Source: Tubulanus polymorphus (taxonomy: Eukaryota > Animalia > Nemertea). Taken from it: a DNA stretch of 64,000 nt. A model generated the notes under the pieces. It did not search any database and had not been told where the DNA came from. It saw nothing but the letters and a program-made list of their open reading frames with translations. The stretch covers positions 8,122,001 to 8,186,000 of the forward strand of contig NC_134031.1 of NCBI RefSeq assembly GCF_964204645.1, given 5' to 3'. This document shows positions 27,177 to 39,604 of this stretch, piece by piece. The position numbers were made by a program, and so were the translations under genes. The first letter of the stretch is position 1. Each line of letters opens with the position of its first letter.

Positions 27177-27464
27177 CTGTAAAGATAAAAGAAAATATTC
27201 AAATCAATGTTAATTAACTAAATTAACTTAATTAACTAACTACCAAAAAGATACGTTACAGTTAAAGCAGCAGTGGCATTGGAACCGTAGCGACTGAAGC
27301 AGCGGCAATTGTAATAATTTACATTTTTTTCTTTGACGAAATTGAAGTAAATTTGCCGCAGCAATATCAAAACCTATCAAAAATCGGCAATTGGCTGTGG
27401 CAATCAAAAATTGCTTCCAACACGCCTGAGCAGGGTTAAATATAACCTATCAACTTAACATTTA

Positions 27465-27640
27465 ACTAGGGTCCAGGGACACCACGCCCAACTAGAGAGT
27501 AATCTGAATAGGTGACAATCTGATAATCTTAAAATCGCTGAACATACAGGAAGTAACCAATGACCTTGAACTCATCACAATCGTATAAAATGTCATGAGC
27601 TACAACATAGCGATTGCCTGTGGTAAACAAAGTAGACACA
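27465..27640. repeat. Partial copy of the interspersed HINE-type family also at 39605, 41833 and 48322
   Basis: actagggtccagggacacc..ccaatgaccttgaactcatcacaatc..tgtcatgagctacaac shared with the other copies. Confidence 0.7.
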
Positions 27641-28401
27641 GGCCCCCTAAATCCCAGTATAAATGAAAATTTTATAGCCCAATGGGTCTTAAGTCGCAAG
27701 TGAGCTAAAAGGGGCACAATTGAAGAATCGCATCGATAATTTTTCTGGGACTCGAGTGCTTTAATGCTGGGATAAAGAGGTATTGGACCCAAGCTTTGTA
27801 ATATCTTATTAAAAAGAGAGTGAAACAAATTACACCCATGTTACAGGGTAGGCCTTTAACATAGCGTTTCAGATATTTCACTTTGAGTTACAGGTTTTAC
27901 AGTAAAAGACTGTAACAGGGCGTTACAGCTTGTCAAACCCATATCAGGCTACAATGTGTTACTGATATTTCACTATGAGTTACAGGGGTTTTACAGCTTG
28001 TCAAACCCAGGGCGTATTACAGGGTATTACAGGGCGTTATATTTACTTGACTTGACAAAGATCGCTGGCCAAAAAAACAGATCACACTACTACCCATCTG
28101 ACCTCTAGCTACCAACTGCTTAATTGCAACCGTCCAATTATCTTGGATCAAGTTTCTCCCTTTCACAATCCTAGGGCTACATAAGTTAATCCACTAGGCT
28201 TTACTCCGTTTACCTAACGCGGATAATCACTGTGTGGGAAGATAGGCTACACGAATATTGGGCAATTGTATTCAAGAAAATGTTTGAGGGGAATTAATAT
28301 TCTAACTCAATGGAATCGTCATGCGTATCAAAAATTGTGATGACCTCCATCTTCACCCGTCAAGGGATTCGAACCCACTCTGCTAAAGCCGTTCCACAAA
28401 C

Positions 28402-28620
28402 CCCTTGACCTCACGAATCATTGGAGTCGTTACTACCCGACCAGAATCAGGTCGGGCCAATCACAGCGCTTGTTACAAACGACATTAGGCATCTATGGAA
28501 TTTCCCGGTAAATGGACCAATCAATGAACACGTAGCGAACGCGGAGGTATTGTCGCGTGTTGATATATGACGTCATGCGCAAAAGCGCCAGTAATGAAAT
28601 CGCGCGTCGTGAGGCCAGGG
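28402..28620. mobile_element. Small TIR element carrying CCAAT and CRE motifs
   Basis: cccttgacctcacga ... tcgtgaggccaggg inverted ends; CCAAT at 28457 and 28517; TGACGTCA at 28568. Confidence 0.55.
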
Positions 28621-28783
28621 GGCTGGGTGGAAGCGAGTTCGGGAGCAATACCGGATCCCTGGCAAGCGAGGATGGATGACCTCAGTCATGTAACATTCGC
28701 TCTTCGTGTTGGAATCATCTTCACTTGCCAGGGTTTGATTGCCACCCGCTGAGGCTTGCGCCAACACAAACCCTGGCCACAAA

Positions 28784-29402
28784 GGCGCTATTGCACTTTC
28801 GTAGCCCCCTCCCAAAAATGTTTATTTCTGTATACTATTAATCAGGGAGGTTTGTAGAGTCAAAATAAATTACTTTTGACAAAAAAAAACTAATTTTTTC
28901 CAAGCCAAAATTCTGATAATTTGGGGCCGATTTCCTCGATTAAAACCGACGGGTCGGCCATGTTCCCGCACTAATTACCACCTAATAACATCTGAATAAA
29001 TATATCTCAATAACTTTAATTGAATTGACAAAACTTCGTTTTTGGGCATATAACTTTTCTTCATCAGAACATCTTTAAATTCATAGCTAAGGTTGAAAAT
29101 AATGCAATCATACACGCATCATTTTCAGAGATGGTTATGTTTGAAAACATGGTTTTTGCAAAGTTTTAATGTCATGACATTTCAGTGGAGCGTTAGAAAC
29201 TTTGATTGACATCCAATATGGCGTTGTTGACGTCGCGAATCGGCGAATTTACACGCGATTTAGGGCCCAAAATAACAAAATTTTAACCTAGAAAAAGTAA
29301 GTTTTTTGGGTCAAAAGTTACTGATTTTGAATCCCTAGAGCTCCCTGATAAATATGCTGAAAAAAAATTTTTGGGAGGGGGGTACGAAAGTGCAATAGCG
29401 CT
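28784..29402. mobile_element. MITE with 8-bp target-site duplication (Merlin-like)
   Basis: About 35-bp TIRs ggcgctattgcactttcgtagccccctcccaaaaa / tttttgggaggggggtacgaaagtgcaatagcgct; gccacaaa duplicated at 28776-83 and 29403-10. GG terminus plus 8-bp TSD fits Merlin. Confidence 0.8.
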
Positions 29403-30444
29403 GCCACAAACCCTTCAATGGTCTATTAGACCATAGTCTAGTACCTAGCCGTCGTTCTACAAAACAACGTCTAGGGCGAAAGTGCTCATATAAGGTTAAT
29501 TCTCGTCCCTCATTTTGAGGGACTAGGCTTTGAGCGTCTATTTCACCCCTTAAAACAGCTTTTGACAATCGTAGTAGCTCAAAACTTTTGACTAGTCGCC
29601 TCAAAAAATAGCTGGAGTGAAGCAACATAACAAATATGGCGGCTTTTCGTGGTGCATGAGGGGAGTGTAAATTACGGATTCGGACTTGAACTTCGGACTT
29701 TATTAATTTAGTCCGTATTGGAAATCCCAATTGTGGCAATCAATTCAATTCAAATCAATTCAATAAATTCTCCGGTTCTGATTGGCTAGATGTTGTATGG
29801 ACTGGTGATCGCTAAGCGGCAACCTGAAGAAATATCCTTGGTCAGTGTACTGTGGGCTAATTAGTCTAATTAATTGAATACCAGTCGTTGTTACGATTCC
29901 CTACAACGTCTGACGCTAAAAGTATCATATAGAGGTTAACTCCTGTTAATTGCAATGCAACAACTGATTTTAGTGTCAAATCAAACCTTTGTACTAAAAT
30001 AAATAAATTAGTTACCTTGTTGACTTTGAAAACGTGTTTTATAATAAAATTTTTGATGATTTAAATCGCGAACGGAGAATTTATTGATTTGATTTGAATT
30101 GAATTTATTGCCACTATCGGGATTTCCAATACGGACTGAATTAATAAAATGTGAAAATTCAATATGTCTCTCTAAAATTACTCTAAATGTTATTTTTTGT
30201 TGATAAAACGCATAAATTTTGGTCAATTTTAACCTTAATAATTTGAAACAAGAATGATATCGCATTGGCACCAAGTTTAAGTTTGAATCCGTAATTTACA
30301 CTCCCCTCATGCGCTGCACCACAAAAAGCCGCCATATTTGTTATGTTGCATCACTTCAACTGTTTTTTGAGGCAACTAGTCAAAAGTTTTGAGCTACTAC
30401 AATCGTCAAAAGCTACTTAGGATTACAAATTTAGAAACAGGATA

Positions 30445-32018
30445 AACTGCAGCTATGCAGCATGTCCCGTGAGAGGACCTGGGGCCTGTGACGGGACATC
30501 CTTGTCCCGTCACAGGTCCCGATGGAAAATGAAAACTTTGCATTTCGTAGACGAAATGTCGAAAGAAACTGCACTCGATTGGTTACTATATACACTCAAA
30601 ATAATGTTAAGAACATGTTAATAATCGAAATTTGTTCGTAATTTTATTATTTCAGATCAATGATATCATCAAATCGAAACATTAAATGTAATAATGAAGA
30701 TCGGATCAAGAGAAGACAGAACCACAGCTATCGAAATTTCAATTTTTAGTGTATAGACTGACTCATACTATCGAAAATAAAGTGAATGTATCTTGACAAT
30801 TTTGGTGCCAATGGTGTTAGTAACTGTTTGTTAAGCGTTACACTGCAAACAAAAGTAAAAGTTGAGGGGGCAACTTAATGGCCCTAGATCACTCTCGAGA
30901 GAGAATTCAAAGTGAGGGACCCGATTCAACACACTGTCCCGTGAGAAGACCCGATTCAACTTACTGTCCCGTGAGAGGACCCGATTTCAAATACTGTCCC
31001 GTGAGAGGACCCGATTCAACACACTGTCCCGTAAGAGGGCCCGATTTTAAATACTGTCCCGTGGGAGGACTCGATTCAACACACTGTCCCGTGAGAGGAC
31101 CTGATTCAACACACTGTCCTGTAAGAGGACCCGATTTCAAATACTGTCCCGTGAGAGGACCCGATTTTGAATACTTTCCCGTGAGAGGGCCCAGTTTCAA
31201 ATAATGTCCCGTGAGAGGGCCCGATTCAACACACTGTCCCGCGAGAGGACCCGATTTTAAATACTGTCCCGTGAGAGGACCCGGTTCAACACACTGTTCC
31301 GTGAGAGGGCCCGATTTTAAATACTGTCCCGTGAGAGGACCCGATTTTGAATACTGTCCCGTGATAGGGCCCTGTTTCAAATAATGTCCCGTGAGAGGGC
31401 CCGATTCAACACACTGTCCCGTGAGAGGGCCCGATTTTAAATACTGTCCCGTGAGAGGACCCGATTTTGAATACTGTCCCGTGAGAGGGCCCGGTTTCAA
31501 ATAATGTCCCGTGAGAGGGCCCGATTCAACACACTGTCCCGTGAGAGGACCCGATTTTAAATACTGTCCCGTGAGAGGACCCGGTTCAACACACTGTTGT
31601 ATTTAAAATCGGGTTCCTTCGCGGGACAGTATTTAAAATCGGGTCCTCTCACGGGACATTGTGTTGAATCGGGACCTCTCACGGGACGATAACTTGAATC
31701 GCGGGTTCCGTTGTAAAATCCTGCGTGAAAAACGTGCATTCATATCCCCTATTGTCCCCCTGGCCCTGCAGTAAATTAGAATTTTTCGGTAGGCCCTTAT
31801 GTATTTATAAATGAAATCAAAATGGAAAATGTAATAATTACAATCGATAGTTGAATTTATTTATTCATAATCGTTATAGGCAGAATACATAAGAATATAT
31901 AAGGGACTCGAAACCGCTAGCATTGGAATCGACGTTTCATGTAAGAATTCTACATTTGTCCCGAGAGAGGACCCATGTCCCGTCACAGGCCCGGGTCCTC
32001 TCGCGGGACGCTGCAGTT
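30445..32018. mobile_element. TIR element (TA-flanked) nested in the foldback arm, containing the 30-bp minisatellite
   Basis: TA|aactgcagc..gtcccgtgagaggacc..gcctgtgacgggacat ... atgtcccgtcacaggcccgggtcctctcgcgggacgctgcagtt|TA. Confidence 0.8.
30912..31687. repeat. 30-bp minisatellite (22 full direct units 30931-31590, then 3 inverted units 31599-31687)
   Basis: Consensus aYactgtcccgtgagaggRcccgattYYaa, visible as column alignment in the 60-nt lines. Confidence 0.97.
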
Positions 32019-34394
32019 TAACTCATATGCAAATTTATGCACAAACAATAGTTAACTTCCATCTGATTACACTCAGGACAGTCAATTTGAGGTAAGTTGA
32101 TGGTGTTTTAAGGGGTGAAATAGACGCTCAAAGCCTCGTCCCTCAATGAGGGACGAAAATTAACCTTATATGAGCACTTTCGCCCTAGACTTTGTTTCAG
32201 GAACAACGGCTAGCTACTAATAATTAGTAGTGGTGGGCGCTGAGCGGGATCCTGTCCGCCCAAGAAACCTTGGGCGATGTAATAGACTAATGTCGCAACC
32301 GAGGAGCCAGGGTTTGTGTTGGCGTAAGCTTGTTGTGGGTACACTAGGATCGTAGAGCGACGGAGATCACAGGTTGGTGGTAGAGACAACCACTGCCAGC
32401 CAGTCCTGGGACCTGGTCCTGGGTGGGTGGTGAACAAACAAAAAAAGGTGGCGAGTCCTAAATCTAAATCAATCTTTGATTTGTACCACCTGCTTCTGAT
32501 ATGAGCCCTGTGGCGCGATGGTCTCATGTCAACTCAATGCCCATGTTTGATGGAGAGACGGTGAGACCTCCTAACTAACCTATTTATTACTTGGATAGAT
32601 AAGGCGATGCAGCGGTTCCATTTTCTTTGTGAGCGGAGTCTAGACAGACTGCGGAAGGCGGCGCAATCATTTAGTTAACATATAGGGTGGCTCCGGCTTA
32701 GTTAACATATAGGGTGGCTCCGGTAATATACGGAATTATAGAGCTGCAAACTGTCAATTTCAATTCAGTTTATTTACATAAAAATTAATTTACAAAATAA
32801 GAGAAACCATCTTATGCGGGCTGGACAAAGCCTAGACCTACCGGCCGCTGCGTTAGCATCCAAGAGAATAAGAACAAAGAAAAACATCAGAAACTGCAGG
32901 ATGAAATGAAAAACTACAGATCGGATTGTGAAAAAATCGTGATAATCTGTTCGGCGCGTGGAATAAGCCTGAGGGTGGCATGATGGGCGATCTATCTAAC
33001 TCACGTTACCTGGTCCCATACTACGCACTGAACGTCGTAGCTGACAAAATACATGTACAGTACGTTACGATACTAGCGCAGTCTTTAAACCGGACAAACG
33101 AAAAAGGTGGGATGGCCGGCGGGGTCTAAAATTTAGTCAAATTTTCAAATGCCCTTCGAAAATGGTCTTCTTTTGCAAAAAATGTTTATAGCTCGATCAT
33201 TCAATTAAATGTAGGCACTTACCTCATCATACGTATTTTGTAATTGTTTAGAAAATCACATCTTTTGGCCACAAAACTGTTAGTCATGAATCGTTAGAAG
33301 GCTGACACAACTTATGTTTATCGGTGTTTACTTCTTAACTCAGCTGCAACATTTGGACAAAGGTGCAGTTTTACTTGAAAAAATCGTCATTTTAGGCTAA
33401 TTAGGTAATGTTATGTCATTAGCTGTAGTAACCGTTTCATGGTTTGAGAACGTTTTACTGAAGATAGATTTAGGGATTATGAAAGGATTTTATTGATACC
33501 GGTATTGCAATCGTAGCAATATCTTCATTGTTTTTGTGCTCAAACTGGTCATAAAATCTGATGAAGTTTAATCAAAAACAAATTTTCTGCAAAACATAAA
33601 ACCCTCACTAAATGTCAAATTAGTGTCCATCTCACACGGGTAGTTGGGCCAATACAGGATGACTCGAGCGGAAATAATCGTACCGTAGGCTTACCAGACA
33701 GGACGCGACTCGAAAACAAATCAGGTTTTTTGGGGCCCAAAAAATTTTTCCATAGCTCTTCGCAAAAAAACCTGCTAAGTTTCGGATACCTTAAGTTCTT
33801 AGATGGTCCACGGGACATCGTTATAACATTTTTGACCGTACTAATCAGTTAGCCCCGTTAACGTGCAGTACCATTTTGAAAACTTGGTATTCAATGATCG
33901 GAAACTGGAAACCCACTGACCTCTCATTCACAAACGTAACGCGATAATGAAGAAACTCTACAGCCTTACTGACCAGACTTTTCAGATTTTAACTTATAAC
34001 AACATGTGATTGAACACTCCATGGGCGGTGCATGTGGCAATCGATTTACCAATTATCAGATTTAGCGTAACGCTAAGATACTACTATATTCATTTTGCTA
34101 TAGCGATACTGGAGAACTAAATTGTTGCATTCAGATAATGTGTTTGGAAGGAAACAACGAAGACAAACATCGCAAAAACGACAAGAAAAACTTTTGCTAT
34201 GAGAACAATGGTGCTTTTGGGTTAACAGCACTTTTCGACGCGATACTCGCTGGCGGCGCAGAGAATCGTGTCGCTGGCATTCGCAAGGCGCCCGCCTTCT
34301 TGATGCGATGCCCTCGCACACGGCCCCTTTCTCTAACTCTCTTGTCAAAAAGGTGCCTGTTTCTTTTATTGTAATAAAAATGAATATCGTATCA

Positions 34395-35510
34395 TTAGAC
34401 GTGATTTCTTTTTATCGAAAACATCGCTTTCAATTGAACTCGAAAGCGACGCCTCGAAGCGCAATAAACGACGAAATTACTAGATGCTACTAGCATTCTG
34501 ACTATATTCTGAAATTGGTTCAATATAATCGCGTATGAGGAAATTTTACCGATCATCCCGTTCAGAGTTAAGATAAGATTATTTATTGCTGCTCTGAGGA
34601 AAAAGGCTTTTTTCAATAAATAAAAGCATGAAATGAGGACTAACGTCAACGTTAAACTACGGTCGCTGCTGCTGTTGTTGAAAGTTTGATTATAGTTAGA
34701 CATTGTTTGTCTCACTGCAGCTGCGCGTCTCAACGTGAAAATCAATCGGATAGTTATTAGAATCACTACAACTGTCGGAATAATAGTAACTATAGGAGCA
34801 CGGACAAAAACGTTGTAGTATTTCAAATACGTGTTTTTTCCGAATGGAGTAAACTTCCGAGTCCATCTAACGTTGCCAGTGCACGGATTAATGGAACGAC
34901 GTGTATAATACTTGAACATATCCCGAGACTGATCACAGACTGAAAATGCCGAAACTAAGGCGACGTAGATGTAACTTCTTTTCATGCTTATAACTCTTAC
35001 AGCTTTCAGAGGCCAACAAACAACGATATATCTATCTATAGCTATTAATAATATGATTAGATCACTTACACTTGAAAATAAGATGCGGATGTTTTGAGTG
35101 TACGTATACATGCGTTTCATAACGTGGTTTATTTTAGCGGTCATGTCCAGTAAAAGTGTGTGATTGTAGAGCCAGTACTGAATGTCAAATACAATATAAG
35201 ACAGACAAATGGACATGTCAGCAACAGCCAAACATCTCAAATAAAATATACTGGTGTTGTTTGAACGGTCTTTGTTGAGAATGATAAAAGACAGACAATT
35301 TGAGCCAAAACCGAAGATGACAATGCTAAAGACGACGTAGGTTGTGACCTGTATTATGAGATTCACGTGGAACGGTTTGTAATCGGCATGGTGGATGTAT
35401 TGACAACGTGGGTGCGGTTTAAAGCCAGCCTTCTCGGTCGCGGTGGTTGTCAGTTCCGATCCACTGACGTTATTAACAAATACATGTTCTGACGATTCCA
35501 TTTCAGTCAT
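34395..35510 (-). CDS. Intronless rhodopsin-class GPCR, FMRFamide/peptide-receptor-like (divergent)
   Basis: Seven hydrophobic segments; TM1 GFGSN, TM2 YLRCLAVAD, TM3 IAIDRYIVVCWPLKA, TM7 SSNFVVY + RRRFR helix 8; first ATG at 35510; possible acceptor ends at 35537. Confidence 0.9.
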   Translation of the reverse strand: MTEMESSEHVFVNNVSGSELTTTATEKAGFKPHPRCQYIHHADYKPFHVNLIIQVTTYVVFSIVIFGFGSNCLSFIILNKDRSNNTSIFYLRCLAVADMSICLSYIVFDIQYWLYNHTLLLDMTAKINHVMKRMYTYTQNIRILFSSVSDLIILLIAIDRYIVVCWPLKAVRVISMKRSYIYVALVSAFSVCDQSRDMFKYYTRRSINPCTGNVRWTRKFTPFGKNTYLKYYNVFVRAPIVTIIPTVVVILITIRLIFTLRRAAAVRQTMSNYNQTFNNSSSDRSLTLTLVLISCFYLLKKAFFLRAAINNLILTLNGMIGKISSYAIILNQFQNIVRMLVASSNFVVYCASRRRFRVQLKAMFSIKRNHV

Positions 35511-36199
35511 ACACACCACACGATAGCATACATGCGCTGATTAATCGAAAAGCAAATCAGTTTAAACTACCAAACTGTATATTTTCCTACAGTTAGCCTA
35601 ATAAATAGCTCTTCCTGCTGCAGTGACACTATGGGACTACGTAGATACCATAGTTCTTCAGTTTGACGCTATACGAAAACGCTTGTATAGATAGGCGTAT
35701 GTTTTTTCTAGAAAGCATCGATTACCAATTAGGCGGTGAAGATGGGGACCATTAATGAGGGAAATAGATATGCGGATCGATATATAAATGAACACATCGC
35801 GTAGAGCAGAATGATATAGCTTTCCTGTATTTTACTTGGGACTTTGGTAGCTTGCTCCATATTAAAAAGTTATGGAATTGCTAAGACGTTTTGAAAAGGT
35901 CGATTTCCGACAAAAAGGATGAGACATTTCGAGATTCAATATATCAAAATATAAATATATGATTTATGTATTTATATGGTATATTTCAGTTAAAGTTTGA
36001 GATGAATTTTTTAATGAAACTGATTCTTCTGAGGCATTTACGTAGTTGGCGAAGAATGGAATGATGTGTAAGGAGAGCGATTTCTTCCACCTTTTTTCTA
36101 ACCACCAACTTATCTACCTTGGCATTATCTTACTTTTGACTGTTTTTTTTCCATAAAATCCAAATGTCTCTGGGAAAAGACCATTATGCTGAGCAACGG

Positions 36200-36600
36200 T
36201 CGTATTCATAATTTCCAAACTTGCAACCAACGTGATTTAATAGACTGCACATTCGATCTTCCCACACGTCTTTCCGAAACTTAATGCTACGTCGAAACTT
36301 GGTGCTACTCGTTCCATTGATCTGATCTAGTGAAAATTGCAACTGGATACAGAGGGGCGGGTAGAGAAATAGTGCGTACCATCGACGTTTTCATCATTTC
36401 TCCGTGACCACTTGACCAAGTCTAAAATTTCGAATTATAGGCGTCTCCTAGTAGATCACGTTCCTTTTATGTCTTTGGCAGCCTGCATGCGTAAGTCAAA
36501 GTCGTTGCAATCTGATGCATCCAAGATTCCGTCTTACCATGTCATAAACTCCGAATAAAAGCTGAATAACATTCGCTCGGGTTTCTTATCTCCGATGTAA
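36200..36600 (-). mobile_element. Possible highly decayed Mutator-like transposase remnant
   Basis: Frame-broken minus-strand pieces LFG..GILDASDCNDFDLRM and ..CS(L)LNHV resemble animal MULE GL.DA...FD and N.CES.NH motifs. Weak evidence. Confidence 0.3.
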
Positions 36601-39600
36601 ATTTCTATTTGCGAAATTGGTCTTAACATCAAAGTGGTTTGGTCCCTGGCCATATCTAACCTTAAAGCTTGAATTCTTAAAGCTTAAAGCTTTCGCCGTC
36701 AGTAATGAATCCTTCAGCATTTTGAAGCGCTTTACAATTTGCAACGTGACTAAAACTTTCCACGACTAAAACGAAGACCTATGCACCCACAATTATTATA
36801 GGGTGCCTTCTCCAACCATCTCTGTCGACGAGTGTAGGCCTTACCAGAAATAAACATACATGCACGATACGTGGAATAGTCAGTTTTTTTCTGGGGTGCA
36901 CATGTCTTCGTCAGTAATGCCTTTTGAGAGATCAGTTTTGTTGAGGCGCATGTCTTCGGTTTTTGTTTTAGTCATGATTCGTTTTAGTCTTGCCTGTGTG
37001 GGTGTTACTAAAAGCACTACTAAAACGGTCTTCGTTTTAGTCATTCATAGTTATAGTGCAGTTTCCTTGGCCAATAAATAGTTGAAATATTTCAACAAAT
37101 TCCACCAAAAAATGTTCTTTCGAAGGATAGTCCAAGGCTGGATGATATCTGAAATACTAAGCTTGTTACTTATGCCTATACTAGGTTTGTTTCCGCTGGA
37201 TAGCTCATAAGAAATAAAACACAGACAAATTCACTTTTAATCATCTTGTATATTTATTTATTCACTGTATTAAAATAACAAATGATATTGATGAAGCACT
37301 GAATAATGGCCGTTAGTCAACCATAATGGTATGATTATAAATAATAAGAATGTATTATCAGATATATTAAAGAACTTTGGTTGTTTCCTCTCATCAGTTC
37401 ATATTGGTAATTATCACCATGTCTGACACATATCCTAAGCATAGCGTTCGAATTGACGTTTCGATGGAAGCGTTAGTTGAAGCTTTGCGCGTACGCGGTT
37501 AATTGTTCGATATCGACCCTACGCATCCATCGGGTAAATTGAATAGTGAAACCGATTTTTAAATTTCAAGCAATTTTGGATAGATGGCATAAGTAGTCCT
37601 TCCAGGTTTTTAGGTCATTTCATCATGTATGAATTAGTTCATACAGGTCAATGGATCAACGGACTATCAAAATCGTACCATTGATAGAAATTTGGACTTT
37701 GTGTACGATTGCAAAATCGGGTTTTTGGAAATGATAAACATCAATTCAATTGTAAAGGATGCTAGGGTTATTGTAGTTTGCCTAAGCAAACATGATATTT
37801 TTTGGTTTTATAACGTGCACTACAAAAAGCTTTTGAGGAAGTAAAATAAAAACCTCACCATAAGTAAACCTCTACTAAAAATGTTAAAATTTCGAAAAGT
37901 TTATGTACACGTAATGAAGCATTAGAAGCAACTGATTATGATGTACATGTGTCTTGACAAGTTTAATCATGTGCTCTAAAACGAAGAGTTCACGGTAACC
38001 TGATCAGGTACGGTAACGCTACACTGTGATATAATCAGTACTACTACAATGCACTAAAACTATAAATGAAATAAAAAGCACCTATGATTATCTTACTGTG
38101 AATGAAATAAAAAGCACCCATCAACAATTTGTGTCCAATAATTGAAACAAAAGCACCTCCTAAAGGATAAGAATATAGACAAATTATATACAGTGTATGT
38201 ACTAATTCAAACACACTACGTCCTAATAGTCAATTTATCCACACTAGCAGTGCACCTCTAAATACTTGGAGTATAAAGATAACGTGTACATTTTGAGAAA
38301 TTCTAGTCACGACAATCACAATCACACAAAAACTGTGCAACAAATACATGGAATATACAATTCAGAACAACCTAGCGGAAGTTGTTTCACTACAGTCTGC
38401 TGAAGAAAACAAAATACATGTAGTTGGCAGGAATAAAATACATCATGTCCTATATTCTGTGTTTATTTCCATTGGATAAGTCATTTTCAATATCTTTCAC
38501 GGCAAAATGTGCACCTAAAGGCCCTATATGTATATAATCAATCAAAACCTATATGGTGGAACCTTGTTACATGTATAATGAAACCGCTTGTGAGAAAATA
38601 AGGAAGTTATGAACAAATTCTTATTTCCTGGAAAATCTTATGCTTTTAGTACATTTTATATCGCTTGTAACAACTCAGTTGTAACGTAATAACGAACAAA
38701 TGTATACGTCCATATTACTCATTTGTATGGTAGAAATGAACTGTCTGTCAAATACACAAGGAAATTTTAAAAAGCATCCCTATTCTGTAAAAATTTCATT
38801 TAATTCACAAAAATTAATTTGTAATTTCACTTAATTCGACCTTTATCATTATTCAGTCATATTATTTATATGCAAAACCTAGTCAACCAAATCCATTAAC
38901 TTAATTGTACTAGTAAAAAATATCGATGCAAATCTGCAATGTTTCCTTAGAGTCTGAGAGTTAGCTTAGGGCTCCTAAATGGGGGAGTTTATTTTGGCGA
39001 AACTTATGACTGTATTTGACTCTTGAATATTCTTAACTTTTAGCTCTGTGGCAAATAGGTTTCAGCTGAATAAAGACAGAATTTTTTATTTATGGCTGGA
39101 ACTTTCTAGAATTTCTGATAACCGTAATAAAACACGTTAATACATGTAATTTGATTCCAGGAATGATCTATAGCATTCATTTTAGGTGGGAATTCATCAT
39201 ACAATAGCCCAGCAAACAGTTTCGGCCAATACATATTTTCAATTCAATGAAATATAGTTTTCGCATATTTTGTACTTTACTTAATTTGTACAAAACTTTT
39301 TGGTCCAAGTTATACAAAATAAACAAAAATTGACTGTAGTAATAAAAGGATATCAATTGATTCATCGACAAAAAATGATTATCAATGACATCGTTATGAC
39401 ACTGATAAGAGCATAAAATGAGCAGAAATAATGAACCTATGAAATTAAAAATGCTGTACTTTGAATATGTTAAAAGTTTATAAGGAAAAATTAATTTGAT
39501 ATAATGGAAAAAATATTTTGTCCCGTGAGTTCGTTATAACAAGGTTCCACTGTACAACTTAAACAGAAGGTTTGCGAATCTCTATTAAATTATGCATAAA

Positions 39601-39604
39601 AGGC

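Larger units (their letters stand above)
29439..32219. mobile_element. Foldback-type element with ~335-bp inverted arms; right arm interrupted
   Basis: Left arm 29439-29775 is the reverse complement of 30072-30150 + 30273-30415 + 32104-32219 (e.g. ctagggcgaaagtgctcatataaggttaatt vs aattaaccttatatgagcactttcgccctag). Confidence 0.85.

Noticed and set aside
28345-28400. ggttcgaatccc B box (minus) suggesting a tRNA gene
   Set aside because: No A box or cloverleaf; a SINE fragment at best.
30878-31739. ORFs of decapeptide repeats (SGPLTGQYLK / CPVRGPDSTH) and CRISPR-like repeat/spacer look
   Set aside because: The frames are a by-product of a 30-bp unit inside a TIR element. The 'spacers' are only 10 bp, of about four recurring types, and there are no cas genes in this eukaryotic DNA.
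32671-32723. Exact 26-bp tandem duplication ttagttaacatatagggtggctccgg
   Set aside because: Simple local slippage or TSD-like duplication with no further structure.
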